A stretch of DNA of 64,000 nucleotides, taken from contig OY782823.1 of the NCBI GenBank assembly GCA_963678355.1, positions 1,056,800-1,120,799 of the forward strand, written 5' to 3'. The position numbers and the translations under genes are program-made. Below the pieces are notes generated by a model. That model was not told the DNA's origin. It saw nothing but the letters and a program-made list of their open reading frames with translations, and did not search any database. Numbering within the stretch: the stretch's first letter is position 1; every line of letters starts with the position of its first letter. Below, piece by piece: positions 30,707 through 40,519 of this stretch. Source of the stretch: Acholeplasmataceae bacterium. GTDB lineage: Bacteria; Bacillota_I; Bacilli_A; Acholeplasmatales; Acholeplasmataceae.

Positions 30707-31165
30707 TTACTTTTTAGAATAGTCTTGTTTTCTAACTGTACCATCAAGTTTATGGATAACGATAGATGAGTCTTGATTTTCTGCTAAATCCTTTGCATAT
30801 TCAATAGCTTCGGCTTGTGTTTTGAAAAATTTAATTGTCTTTGTAGACCCTTCTTTTCTGACACGCCATTCTTTATAATGAGGGGTATTTTCCTTCTTAT
30901 TTTGTGAGATGTGATATTTTGCTGGCTTCTTAGGTGCATCTTCTTTTTCTTTATCACTCTTCTTTGGAGCCTCTTCTTTTTTTACAGCAGGTTTAGGTGC
31001 TTGTTTTTCTTCTTCTTTTTCTACGACAGGTTTAGGCGCTTGTTTTACCTCTGCAGGCTTTACTTGTTCCTGCTCAACTGGCTTTGTAACCTTTTGTTCC
31101 TGTTCTACTTTTTTTAAATCTTTTTCAGCTTCTTTTCTAGCTTTGCGTTTTTTAAAAAACCACAT
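30707..31165 (-). CDS. DUF2188-like protein with lysine/glutamate/proline-rich repetitive N-terminus
   Basis: C-terminal ~65 aa (HISQNKKENTPHYKEWRVRKEGS...AEAIEYAKDLA) resembles DUF2188/YjdC. N-terminus has KQAPKPxVxKEEE repeats. Confidence 0.45.
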   Translation of the reverse strand: MWFFKKRKARKEAEKDLKKVEQEQKVTKPVEQEQVKPAEVKQAPKPVVEKEEEKQAPKPAVKKEEAPKKSDKEKEDAPKKPAKYHISQNKKENTPHYKEWRVRKEGSTKTIKFFKTQAEAIEYAKDLAENQDSSIVIHKLDGTVRKQDYSKK

Positions 31166-31243
31166 ATGAAATAATCCCCTTTTCTTTTTTATTTGTCTTC
31201 ATTATAATATTGCTATTTAAAAATTACAAGATTAGTGTACACA

Positions 31244-31278
31244 AAGTAAAAAAAACACCTACAAAACAGGTGTTTTTA
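31244..31278 (-). terminator. Intrinsic terminator after floT
   Basis: aaaaacacctacaaaacaggtgttttt hairpin with flanking A/T runs. Confidence 0.6.
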
Positions 31279-31295
31279 ATCATTATTTACTTTAT

Positions 31296-32705
31296 TTATG
31301 CTTTTGGTTCTTCTTTTTCGGGTTCAACCACTTCAGGTTCAACTTCTTTAACTTCTCCTTTATTTGCACCTAAGAACTTAGGTAATTCCATACCAGCCAT
31401 GTTAAATAATTCATTCATTGGTGGAATTGATTTCATTAAATTTTGTGCAAAATTAGCTGTAGATGATTGACCATCTTTAGAACCAGAGTCCCAAACAGTA
31501 ATCTTATCAAATTTAAGATTTTGAATTGCTTTAACTTGAATTTCAACAAGTTGTTCTAATTTATCTGCAATAAGTAATTGAACAGCCTTATCTGGGTTAT
31601 TACCAGCAGCTTCAACCAATTGTTTGAAACCTTCTGCTTGTTTAGATAAAAGTTCGAAGTTACCACGCGCTTCTGCATCCAATTTAGCAAAGATTGCATC
31701 GGCTTCACCTTTAGCTTCTCTTCTTAAAACTTCAGCAGCAGCTTCAGCTTCAATTTCTCTTCTTTGTTTATCAATTTGAGATTTAACAATAACGTCTGCT
31801 TCCAAAGTAGCTTTTTCTCTACTAGCACGTGCAAGTTCGGCAGACTTTTGAGCTTCATAAGCTTCTTCTTTGGCTTTGGCTTCTGCAGTTCTTTCAGCAG
31901 CTGTAGCTCTTCTTAAGGATTCAGCTTCAATTTCTCTACGATCGGCATTAGTTTTAGAAATATCAGCAAGCGATTTATTTTCCCCTTCAACGGCAATCGC
32001 ATTGGCAGATGCCACTTGAACTCTTTGATCTCTAACGGCTTGTGCTTCCCCAATAGACCCATCACGAGTCTTTTCAGCAACGCTCTTCTTAGCATCATTA
32101 ATCGCTTTAGCAGCAGCTTCCTTACCTAAGGCTTCAATATAGCCTGATTCATCACTAATGTCTGTAACGTTAACGTTAATTAATCTTAAACCAATTTTCT
32201 TTAATTCAGATTCAACGTTACCACTAACAGCTTCCAAGAATTTATCTCTATCGGTATTAATTTCTTCGATATCCATAGTTGCAACAACTAATCTTAATTG
32301 ACCAAAGATGATATCTTTAGCAAGTTCTTGAATTTCACCTAATCTAAGACCTAATAAACGTTCTGCAGCATTTTGCATAACACCTTGTTCAGTAGAGATT
32401 GCTACTGTAAATCTAGATGGAACATCAATACGAATATTTTGTCTAGATAATGCATTTACTAAATCAACTTGAATTGACATTGGTGTCAAATCAAGAAATT
32501 GATATGCTTGAATAAATGGCCAAATGAATTTAACCCCACCATGGATACAATTCGCTGATTGATTAACACCATCTTTATTTTTAACACTACCATAGACAAC
32601 TAAAATTTTGTCTGATGGACATTTTCTAACTCTTGATACTATTAACACAAGTATCATGACTAATATAACCACTACGGTTACAATAATTGCAATAACTTCT
32701 TCCAT
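31296..32705 (-). CDS. floT: Flotillin-like SPFH/band-7 protein (FloT/YuaG homologue)
   Basis: 469 aa. N-terminal TM, SPFH domain, then a long EA-rich coiled-coil flotillin domain. Confidence 0.8.
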   Translation of the reverse strand: MEEVIAIIVTVVVILVMILVLIVSRVRKCPSDKILVVYGSVKNKDGVNQSANCIHGGVKFIWPFIQAYQFLDLTPMSIQVDLVNALSRQNIRIDVPSRFTVAISTEQGVMQNAAERLLGLRLGEIQELAKDIIFGQLRLVVATMDIEEINTDRDKFLEAVSGNVESELKKIGLRLINVNVTDISDESGYIEALGKEAAAKAINDAKKSVAEKTRDGSIGEAQAVRDQRVQVASANAIAVEGENKSLADISKTNADRREIEAESLRRATAAERTAEAKAKEEAYEAQKSAELARASREKATLEADVIVKSQIDKQRREIEAEAAAEVLRREAKGEADAIFAKLDAEARGNFELLSKQAEGFKQLVEAAGNNPDKAVQLLIADKLEQLVEIQVKAIQNLKFDKITVWDSGSKDGQSSTANFAQNLMKSIPPMNELFNMAGMELPKFLGANKGEVKEVEPEVVEPEKEEPKA

Positions 32706-32733
32706 TACTATTCTCCTTCGTTATTCTCTTTTT

Positions 32734-33369
32734 TTATTTTTTGATTTTTGATACGATGACTGTTGTCAAGTCATATAGACCAACAATTGTCACTTCTTGA
32801 TTGACAAGAATGTCTTCATCACCTTTTGTAATAGCATCCACTTCTATAAAGCGATCTTCTAAAACAAGATTTACTTTACCATGGCCACTGTTTTGTTTAG
32901 GCACACGTAAATAAACTATAGCAGGTTTTCCTATAGCTTTTCTGTAATCAATATTTCCTGACGATTCTAATTTCATTGCTTGACGTAGCGCAAGTGCTAG
33001 TAAATATGCAGAAATCAATCCCACAATCATACCAATAACAGTTGCTATCCAAGGCGATAGTATATCTAAAAATAGCATCGTCGTCCATGAGCCCATACTT
33101 AAAAACGCTAGAATCCCACGAATTGTAAATATCTTTAATCCCCCAATAGATGATAATGGTTCATCATTAATGGAATCAATGTCAAAATCAGCATCGACAT
33201 CAACATCAAAGTCAACATCCATACTTAAGTCATCAATACCATCAAATTCACTATTATCAAATCCAATTAGCATTAAGATGATAAAAACAATCATGATCAA
33301 AGTAGCTGCAAATGCTATAACAAATAAGACTTGTCCATAATTTGTTAACGATTCAAACCACGCACTCAT
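32734..33369 (-). CDS. NfeD-family membrane protein (YuaF-like), partner of flotillin
   Basis: 211 aa with TM helices, acidic linker and C-terminal OB-fold-like region. Immediately upstream of floT, as in B. subtilis yuaF-yuaG. Confidence 0.6.
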   Translation of the reverse strand: MSAWFESLTNYGQVLFVIAFAATLIMIVFIILMLIGFDNSEFDGIDDLSMDVDFDVDVDADFDIDSINDEPLSSIGGLKIFTIRGILAFLSMGSWTTMLFLDILSPWIATVIGMIVGLISAYLLALALRQAMKLESSGNIDYRKAIGKPAIVYLRVPKQNSGHGKVNLVLEDRFIEVDAITKGDEDILVNQEVTIVGLYDLTTVIVSKIKK

Positions 33370-33424
33370 AATGTTTCCCCCTTTTTATAATATAGATATA
33401 TTATACCATATTTATAAATCAAGA

Positions 33425-35389
33425 TTAATGATTTTCAAACCATTCAGTAATTTCACGTAATCGCTTAATTCTAGCTTGTGGCTTACCGCCTCTAGATAAT
33501 TCGTGTGTTTCACCCTTAAACCAAACAAATTTTGTATCTACACCTTTATATTTTAATAAACTATATAATTGCATAGCTTGTTCAATAGGACAACGATAAT
33601 CTTCATCAGAATGTATGAATAACGTTGGCGTTTCCATATCTTTTGCATATTTTATTGGTGATTGTTGCCAAATCAAATCGTAATTATCAATCGGCGTCGC
33701 ACCTGTTTGATCTTTTGCAAAATAGAATCCAATATCTGAAGTTCCAAAAAATGAAATCCAGTTAGAAATACTTCTTTGTGTAACTGCAGCTCTAAATCTA
33801 TTTGTATGTCCAATAATCCAATTCGTCATAAATCCGCCATATGATCCACCAGTTACATATTGTCTGTTTGTATCAATTTGAGGAATACGTTTGATGATAT
33901 AGTCTAGATAATCCATAATATCCTCATAATCTATGGTTCCATATTTTCCTCTGATATCAGCAAATGCATCACCTTTACCATCAGACCCTCTAGGATTGCA
34001 GTAGACAACAATATATCCTTGATTTGCCCAATATTGCATTTCATGATAATAGATAGCACCATATACTGTCTTTGGACCCCCATGAATATCTAAAATCATC
34101 GGATACTTCTTATCTTTATCAAACTCATAAGGGAATAAAACATGCCCTGAGACTTCATGTGTCTTTTTATTAATGCTATATTTTTTAGGTTTCGCAATAT
34201 AGTAATCTTTAATTGTTCGATAGTTTAATCTAGTTAATTGTTGGTCACGCCCAAAATTAAATGCATAAATTTCTTGAAGTCTTTGTTTAAGTTGACCCAC
34301 AAAATAGATCTTGTCTTCAACAATTGTTAATCCTTCAATAGAGCCTTTTGCACTAAATAAATGTTCAGTTGTACCATCAATGTTTAAAGCATGTAGTTCA
34401 CAGTGATCATCTCTTGTCGAAATAAAGACAATGCGATCATCTTGTTTAACCACTTGGCTTTGTCCTCCAAGTCTAACATCTGAACCAATACTATTCCCTA
34501 TTGAATAACTATAATATGAGAATAATTTCAAATCATTATTAACAATTTCATAGAAATGATCATTTTCATTAAGCCCGTAAGCTTTATAATCTGTTGCCGC
34601 ACATACGACTTTATCACCTAAAAATTGAATAAATGAAATGCTGTATTTATCTCCATTATAGATTGCTTTTGTCTCTTTTGATTCCATGTCATAATAATAA
34701 ACGTGATTATATAGAGCTACTAAATCAGTTACAGGTTCAGCAGTGTAATAAATACGTTTCTTATCATCAGATAATAAAATTTGTCCTACTTTTAATTTTG
34801 GATCAGAAATCAATTCAAAGCTGTTCGCCTTTATATCATAGATGTAAATCAGTGATCTTAGTCCATTGATAAATCCTTGTCCGTTAAAATAGAAAGGCAC
34901 TTCATTGATATCTTCATATAATTTGTTTTGTTTTCTTGCTTTTAAATATTTGTTTCTTGCTTTTTCATCAGTAGTCATGAGTGCTTCATCAGCTTCACTT
35001 ATGTTAGATGATAAAATTATTTTATCTTTTAATACTTTAACAATGGATACTGGAAATGGAAAATCATAGGCTAATTCAATTTTGCTGTCTTCTAAGTAAT
35101 ATCTATAATAGAGACTATGAAATTCTTTTCTTAATTTTTCTTCTGACTTATTTTTTGCATATGGAAATAAAATGGTATCGTTTGATTCCCAAATAAAAGA
35201 TCCGTTATCTTTTATTTGAATCAGTTTTGCCATCTTATAGTTTTCAATTTTATATAAATCATAAATATACTTGTTATTTTCAACATCTGCTTTCGCACTT
35301 AAAAACGCAACTTTATCCTGTGCGGGACTCGCTTGCATTTGTGATATAAATTTAAATTTAGTAAATAGTTCAATATCTACTTTTTCCAT
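33425..35389 (-). CDS. S9-family serine peptidase (prolyl oligopeptidase/acylaminoacyl-peptidase-like) with N-terminal beta-propeller
   Basis: GGSYGG nucleophile elbow, a downstream Asp and a His (GETHEL) triad. 654 aa. Confidence 0.8.
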   Translation of the reverse strand: MEKVDIELFTKFKFISQMQASPAQDKVAFLSAKADVENNKYIYDLYKIENYKMAKLIQIKDNGSFIWESNDTILFPYAKNKSEEKLRKEFHSLYYRYYLEDSKIELAYDFPFPVSIVKVLKDKIILSSNISEADEALMTTDEKARNKYLKARKQNKLYEDINEVPFYFNGQGFINGLRSLIYIYDIKANSFELISDPKLKVGQILLSDDKKRIYYTAEPVTDLVALYNHVYYYDMESKETKAIYNGDKYSISFIQFLGDKVVCAATDYKAYGLNENDHFYEIVNNDLKLFSYYSYSIGNSIGSDVRLGGQSQVVKQDDRIVFISTRDDHCELHALNIDGTTEHLFSAKGSIEGLTIVEDKIYFVGQLKQRLQEIYAFNFGRDQQLTRLNYRTIKDYYIAKPKKYSINKKTHEVSGHVLFPYEFDKDKKYPMILDIHGGPKTVYGAIYYHEMQYWANQGYIVVYCNPRGSDGKGDAFADIRGKYGTIDYEDIMDYLDYIIKRIPQIDTNRQYVTGGSYGGFMTNWIIGHTNRFRAAVTQRSISNWISFFGTSDIGFYFAKDQTGATPIDNYDLIWQQSPIKYAKDMETPTLFIHSDEDYRCPIEQAMQLYSLLKYKGVDTKFVWFKGETHELSRGGKPQARIKRLREITEWFENH

Positions 35390-35489
35390 GCTAATTCACC
35401 CTCTCATAATGTATCTATTATAATACATTATATATATAATTTCCATAAAAAAAAGGTCATATTGTGCAATATGACCCACTTTTTAACCT

Positions 35490-36725
35490 TTAAATTACAA
35501 AATTACCTTTTTCGAAGACTTTTACTTCTTTTCCATCTTGAGTTACACCAACGATTTCCATATCACTGTTACCAAACATAAAATCAACATGGTTCATTGA
35601 GTTATTGTATCCTCGTTTTTCAAGAGATTCTACAGATGCGCCAATACCATCCTTGATATTCATTGGATATGCACGACCTAAAGCCATATGGCATGATGCA
35701 TTTTCATCAAATAATGTATTTAAGAATAAGATACCTGTATTAGAAATAGGAGAATCATCTGAAATTAGGGCAATTTCACCAATATATCTACTACCTTCAT
35801 CAGTATCTAATAAAGCTTTTAGTGTTGCTTCTTCTTTTTCCGCACCAAAATCAACAACTTTACCTTCTTTAAATTCTAACCAGAAGTTTTCAATTAACTT
35901 ACCTTGATAGTTTAATGGTTTAGTTGCTACAACCTTACCTTCAGTGCCAAATTTAGAAGGCATTGTAAAGTTTTCTTCTGTTGGAATATTTGGATTGAAA
36001 TAAACGCCATTAGCAGCATTTTCGCCACCACCAGCCCAAATGTGATCTTTAACTAAAGTCACTTTTAAATCTGTTCCAAGACTATTTTTAAATGTTAAAT
36101 AATCGAAATTAAAGTCATTTAAAATCTTATTGTGTTTTAATAGTGATTCATTATGTGCATCCCATTCAGCAATTGGATCGTTATCTTCTAGAACACGGCT
36201 TGCATCAAAGATTTTTTGCCATAATGTTTCTACAGCTTCTTCTTCACTTAATTCAGGGAACACTTGTTTAGCCCAAACTGGATTTGGTGCGGCAATAATT
36301 GTCCATTGAGACTGGTTACCCATCATGTGTTCTCTCCAGAATTTTAATGCTTTACTACCAGCAACCATCGCTTTTGATGATTTTTCAGGATCAACATCTT
36401 TATTTAATCCAGGAATCGGTGAAGATACTGAAATAAAACAAGCATTTGTATCTACGAAATATTTATATTGTTCAATTTGATATTGTGGAATTTCAGTGAT
36501 CGTATCATCACTAGCAAATGTTAGGAAATCTTTTCCTACGTATTCATCGCCCCATAGCATAAATACACGTTTTGCACCTGCAAGATATGCTTGATGTGCA
36601 ACTTCTCTTGCAATGTCAACAGTTTCAGTTGATGCGCGAACAACAACATTTTGATCTTTTTGTACATTAGCACCTACAACAACTGCAAGTTTAGCTAATT
36701 TAGTTAATAAATTTTTACTAGGCAT
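35490..36725 (-). CDS. Aminopeptidase, M29 family (AmpS/PepS-like)
   Basis: 411 aa. Typical M29 length and conserved C-terminal HxDF/E metal-binding region (HVDFMFG). Confidence 0.75.
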   Translation of the reverse strand: MPSKNLLTKLAKLAVVVGANVQKDQNVVVRASTETVDIAREVAHQAYLAGAKRVFMLWGDEYVGKDFLTFASDDTITEIPQYQIEQYKYFVDTNACFISVSSPIPGLNKDVDPEKSSKAMVAGSKALKFWREHMMGNQSQWTIIAAPNPVWAKQVFPELSEEEAVETLWQKIFDASRVLEDNDPIAEWDAHNESLLKHNKILNDFNFDYLTFKNSLGTDLKVTLVKDHIWAGGGENAANGVYFNPNIPTEENFTMPSKFGTEGKVVATKPLNYQGKLIENFWLEFKEGKVVDFGAEKEEATLKALLDTDEGSRYIGEIALISDDSPISNTGILFLNTLFDENASCHMALGRAYPMNIKDGIGASVESLEKRGYNNSMNHVDFMFGNSDMEIVGVTQDGKEVKVFEKGNFVI

Positions 36726-36839
36726 AAAAACATCCTTCTTTCTTTTAATGATTAAATATATTTTATCATATATTGATTTACAAAAAAGATGTTAATAGAC
36801 ATTTTGTCCACTAACATCTGTATTTTTTGTTTAAACTTC

Positions 36840-38261
36840 TTATTCAGGAATTGTAATAATTCTTAATGAATTTGTAGTTCCGTGTTGTTGAGCCCAACCA
36901 GAAGTAATAATGATTTGTTGACCAGCAACAAAACCATTAGCTTTAGCAACTTCAACAGCTACACTATCATACTTAGTATAATCTGTAACGTCTTCTCTAT
37001 AAGCAGGGAATACGCCATTATAATAAGCCAAATGATAGCAAGTGTCTTGATGGTCAGTAATCGCTAGAATAGGTACTGAAGGTCTAAATTTACAAATACG
37101 TCTTGCAGTACCACCAGTTTCAGTAAATGCAACAACAGCAACAACGTTATCTAATGCTAATGCAGTTTGAGCAACTGCAATACCGATAGCATCGTTAACA
37201 GTACCTTGTTGAGTTTCGATTGAACGATCTAAAATTTTGTCATATGGAATATTATTTTCAATTGCTTTTGCAATTGTATCCATAGTTTGAACAGCTTCGA
37301 TTGGATAATCACCAGCAGCTGATTCTCCTGATAGCATAATACCATCTGTACCATCTAAGATTGCATTTGCAACGTCTGATGCTTCAGCGCGAGTAGGTCT
37401 TGGAGAATGAGTCATTGATTCTAACATATGTGTAGCAGTGATGACTGGTTTACCTTTTTCATTAGCTAATTTAATAATTTTCTTTTGGTATAGTGGTACT
37501 AATTGAGTTGAAACTTCAACACCTAAGTCACCACGAGCAACCATAACACCGTCAGATACTTCTAAAATTGATTCTAAGTTGTCTACACCTTCTTGGTTTT
37601 CAATCTTAGCGATTAATTCGATATATGGTTTACCAGCTTTTTTCATGATTTCGCGAACTTCTAAAACGTCTTCTTTACGTCTTACAAAAGATAAAGCGAT
37701 CATGTCAACACCTTGTTCAGCAACGAATACTAAATCTGAGTAATCTTTTTCTGAAATAAATGGCATTGATAATTTAACATTAGGTACATTAACACCTTTA
37801 CGTGTTTTAATGATACCTGGGTTGTTGATTTCACAAGTAATGACACCAGGTGCAACTGCAACAACATTTAATCTCATTTTACCATCGTCGATTAAAAGGT
37901 AATCGCCAATAGAAATATCATCATATAATTCATCGCAATCAATGTGGAATTTTTCGTGTGTACCTAAGATGTCTTCTTTATGAACTTCTACGATATCACC
38001 TTTTTTGAATTCAACGCCACCGTTTTCAAATTGTCCACAACGAATTTCTGGACCTTTAGTGTCAGCTAAGACACCAATAAATTTACCCTTTTCTTTTGCT
38101 ACTTTTCTGATCATAGCGATTCTATCGCCATGTTCTTGATGATTAGCATGTGAAAAGTTTAATCTTGTAACGTTCATACCAGCATCGATCATTTTGCCAA
38201 TCATTACTTCATTATCGATAGCAGGACCAACTGTACAAACAATTTTTGTCTTTCTAATCAT
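36840..38261 (-). CDS. pyk: Pyruvate kinase
   Basis: KIVCTVGPA N-terminal motif, MVARGDLGVE active-site motif. Start at MIRKTKIV after a GGAG RBS. Confidence 0.9.
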   Translation of the reverse strand: MIRKTKIVCTVGPAIDNEVMIGKMIDAGMNVTRLNFSHANHQEHGDRIAMIRKVAKEKGKFIGVLADTKGPEIRCGQFENGGVEFKKGDIVEVHKEDILGTHEKFHIDCDELYDDISIGDYLLIDDGKMRLNVVAVAPGVITCEINNPGIIKTRKGVNVPNVKLSMPFISEKDYSDLVFVAEQGVDMIALSFVRRKEDVLEVREIMKKAGKPYIELIAKIENQEGVDNLESILEVSDGVMVARGDLGVEVSTQLVPLYQKKIIKLANEKGKPVITATHMLESMTHSPRPTRAEASDVANAILDGTDGIMLSGESAAGDYPIEAVQTMDTIAKAIENNIPYDKILDRSIETQQGTVNDAIGIAVAQTALALDNVVAVVAFTETGGTARRICKFRPSVPILAITDHQDTCYHLAYYNGVFPAYREDVTDYTKYDSVAVEVAKANGFVAGQQIIITSGWAQQHGTTNSLRIITIPE

Positions 38262-38380
38262 ATTTATAAAACTCCTATTCTTTTTTTCCACACCTATTAT
38301 ACCATTATCAAAATAATTTAAAAGAAAAAGCCATTAAATGAAAACATTTACATTTTCAAAACGGCTTTTTTTATATCTAT

Positions 38381-39256
38381 TTAACGATAATTTCCCATAA
38401 AGAATACAGCAATTGTACCAGGTCCTGAATGAGCACCAATCACGGGACCAATCACACCATACACAATTTCTTTAACACCAATTTCATTTTGAATAAGTTC
38501 AGCTGTATACTTAGCATCTTCTATATCATCACCATGTGAGATGAAAATAGTTTGTTCTTCTGGTTTTTCAATACGTTCTTTCATAAGTTCAACAAGTGTT
38601 GCAAGTGATGTTTTTCGCCCTCTAGCTTTCTTAATTGGCACCAATTTACCTTCATCTGATACGTGAAGTACTGGTTTAACCTTTAATAGTGATCCAACAA
38701 AAGCTTGAGCACCCGATAGACGACCACCACGTTTAAGTGTACCTAAATCGTCAACTGTAAATAAATGGATTAAGTTAAGTTTATGTGCTTCAACCCAATC
38801 CCTAACATCTTCAATAGATTTACCTTCTTTCATCTTTAGGTAAGTATAATAGACAAGTAACCCTTCACCCATTGATGCTGATAATGAATCAATGACAACA
38901 ATCTTACGATCAGGGAAATCATCTTTTAATGTATCAGCTGCAAGTCTTGCTGACTGAACAGTTCCTGATAATGCAGAAGAAAACCCAACATATAATATAT
39001 CTTTCCCATCTTCTAAAAACGGTGTAAAAAACTCAATAAATTTTCCAACATTAATTAAAGATGTCATTGCCACTTCTTTATTTCTTAAATCTTCATAAAA
39101 CGATTTTATGCTTAAATTTCTTTCATCAGGATAATGATCAAACGTTTCTCCCTTGATTTCTACCGATAAAGGAGCGACCTTAATATCCATGTCAATAACT
39201 TGTTGATTTGTCAAATCACTACAAGAATCTGTAGCTAAAATGTATGTCGAACTCAT
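38381..39256 (-). CDS. DegV-family fatty-acid-binding protein
   Basis: DegV/EDD fold signature (ILTDSCSDL-like ILATDSCSDL). About 290 aa. Start at MSST after a GGAGG RBS. Confidence 0.85.
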   Translation of the reverse strand: MSSTYILATDSCSDLTNQQVIDMDIKVAPLSVEIKGETFDHYPDERNLSIKSFYEDLRNKEVAMTSLINVGKFIEFFTPFLEDGKDILYVGFSSALSGTVQSARLAADTLKDDFPDRKIVVIDSLSASMGEGLLVYYTYLKMKEGKSIEDVRDWVEAHKLNLIHLFTVDDLGTLKRGGRLSGAQAFVGSLLKVKPVLHVSDEGKLVPIKKARGRKTSLATLVELMKERIEKPEEQTIFISHGDDIEDAKYTAELIQNEIGVKEIVYGVIGPVIGAHSGPGTIAVFFMGNYR

Positions 39257-39475
39257 GTATATTCCTCCAAATAAGTTATATATATTCATATTTTAACACG
39301 TTACGCAATTATATTTAAACTTTTTGTTATTTTTTTATATCATATATGATATACCAAATATTATATAACGTTTTCAAATAAATTATATAAAAAAAGGTTG
39401 CAATTGTTTTTTATACATGATAGTATTGATTTAATCAAAGCAAAACAGCTTTGGAAATTCCAAGATAGGCTATGA

Positions 39476-39667
39476 ATATAGACCTTGAGTATATGTAATT
39501 ATTATGTATACTCTAACGTTCTAGTCCTTGAGTATACGTTAGATGTTATCTTCGTTACTTGATGATTCTTAGTCCTTGAGTATAGAAGATATTTTTTTTA
39601 TTTTCTTTTTCAAGGATGAGAAATTATCCTTGTAAACTTCAAAGTCTGTGGATCAGACTTTTTTTAT
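39476..39667 (+). promoter_or_regulatory. Structured leader of the amino-acid ABC operon
   Basis: Three direct repeats (A/C/T)TAG(A/T)CCTTGAGTATA at 39476-39491, 39521-39536 and 39569-39584. Perfect palindrome GAGTATATGTAATTATTATGTATACTC at 39487-39513. Hairpin caaggat...atccttg at 39611-39632. Terminator-like hairpin agtctg...cagac plus T7 at 39643-39667, just before the RBS. Confidence 0.45.
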
Positions 39668-39689
39668 TCATTAAAGGAGAAGAGAGAAA

Positions 39690-40514
39690 ATGAAAAAAAT
39701 ATTATTAGGTTTATTAACTTTAGTGGCTGTAATTTCACTTGCCGCATGTAATGAAGGTGGCGCATCAAATGTGTTCGATTTCATATTAGATGAAAGTTTT
39801 GACGAATTTATCGTTATGGAAACTTCAGCTGATTATCCACCATTTGAAAATATTGAAGAAGATGCAGATGGCAATATGACAGTTGTTGGTGTCGATATCG
39901 AAATCGCTAAAGCCATCGCGATGAAAGCTGGTAAAAACTTACGTGTTGTTCATAAAGGTTTTGATTTCTTAATCACTGATATTCAAAACGGTGTTGCTGA
40001 TTTTTCAATTGCTGCAATTACACCTACACCTGAACGTATGGAACAAGTTGATTTTTCTAACATTTATCTACCAAGTGAAAACGATCAAGTTGTAGTCATT
40101 AACAAAACTGATGCTGATTTATATAAAACAATTGAAGATATCAATTTAGCAACTATTAAAGTCGGTGCTCAATTAGGATCACTTCAACAATACTTATTGC
40201 AAGACTTAACACCAGATGCTGTTAATAGTGCACAAATTATCCAAGATTTAAATACTTTATATACAAACCTTGCAAATGGCCAAATTGATGCACTATATTC
40301 TGAAATCACAGTAGCTGAAACACATATTGCACAAGATGCTTATAAAGATTTAATGATCGCATTTGAAGTAGATTCTCCATATGCAGGTAATGCTGTCGCA
40401 GTACAAAAAGGTGATACTGAATTATTAGCTATTATCAATAGTGCAATTGCTGAATTAATCGCAGATGGTCAAATTGAAACATGGGTTGATGAATATTCAG
40501 CTTTATATGAATAA
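39690..40514 (+). CDS. Polar amino-acid ABC transporter substrate-binding lipoprotein
   Basis: Signal peptide plus lipobox LAACNEG. Type-II periplasmic binding-protein family 3 features. Confidence 0.8.
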   Translation: MKKILLGLLTLVAVISLAACNEGGASNVFDFILDESFDEFIVMETSADYPPFENIEEDADGNMTVVGVDIEIAKAIAMKAGKNLRVVHKGFDFLITDIQNGVADFSIAAITPTPERMEQVDFSNIYLPSENDQVVVINKTDADLYKTIEDINLATIKVGAQLGSLQQYLLQDLTPDAVNSAQIIQDLNTLYTNLANGQIDALYSEITVAETHIAQDAYKDLMIAFEVDSPYAGNAVAVQKGDTELLAIINSAIAELIADGQIETWVDEYSALYE

Positions 40515-40519
40515 GATCA

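Larger units (their letters stand above)
29349..30708 (+). mobile_element. Second, different IS3-family insertion sequence (~1.36 kb) with damaged orfB
   Basis: Ends share AAGAAGCACGCG...AAAACGGACAC(G/T)ATAAAAAAGAGAC in inverted orientation. orfA/orfB in -1 arrangement with an A7 slippery run at 29765-29771. Confidence 0.65.

Noticed and set aside
30911-31117. 68-aa poly-Phe/Leu ORF
   Set aside because: Antisense artefact of the K/E-rich repetitive region of the DUF2188 gene.
39476-39584. Possible CRISPR array
   Set aside because: Only three short (15-16 nt) repeats with irregular 43- and 48-bp spacing. No cas genes nearby. They lie inside an operon leader and are better explained as a regulatory element.
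39400-39689. T-box leader for the amino-acid ABC operon
   Set aside because: No T-box consensus (AGGGTGGNACCGCG) or specifier-loop architecture could be found, so it is reported only as an unclassified structured leader.
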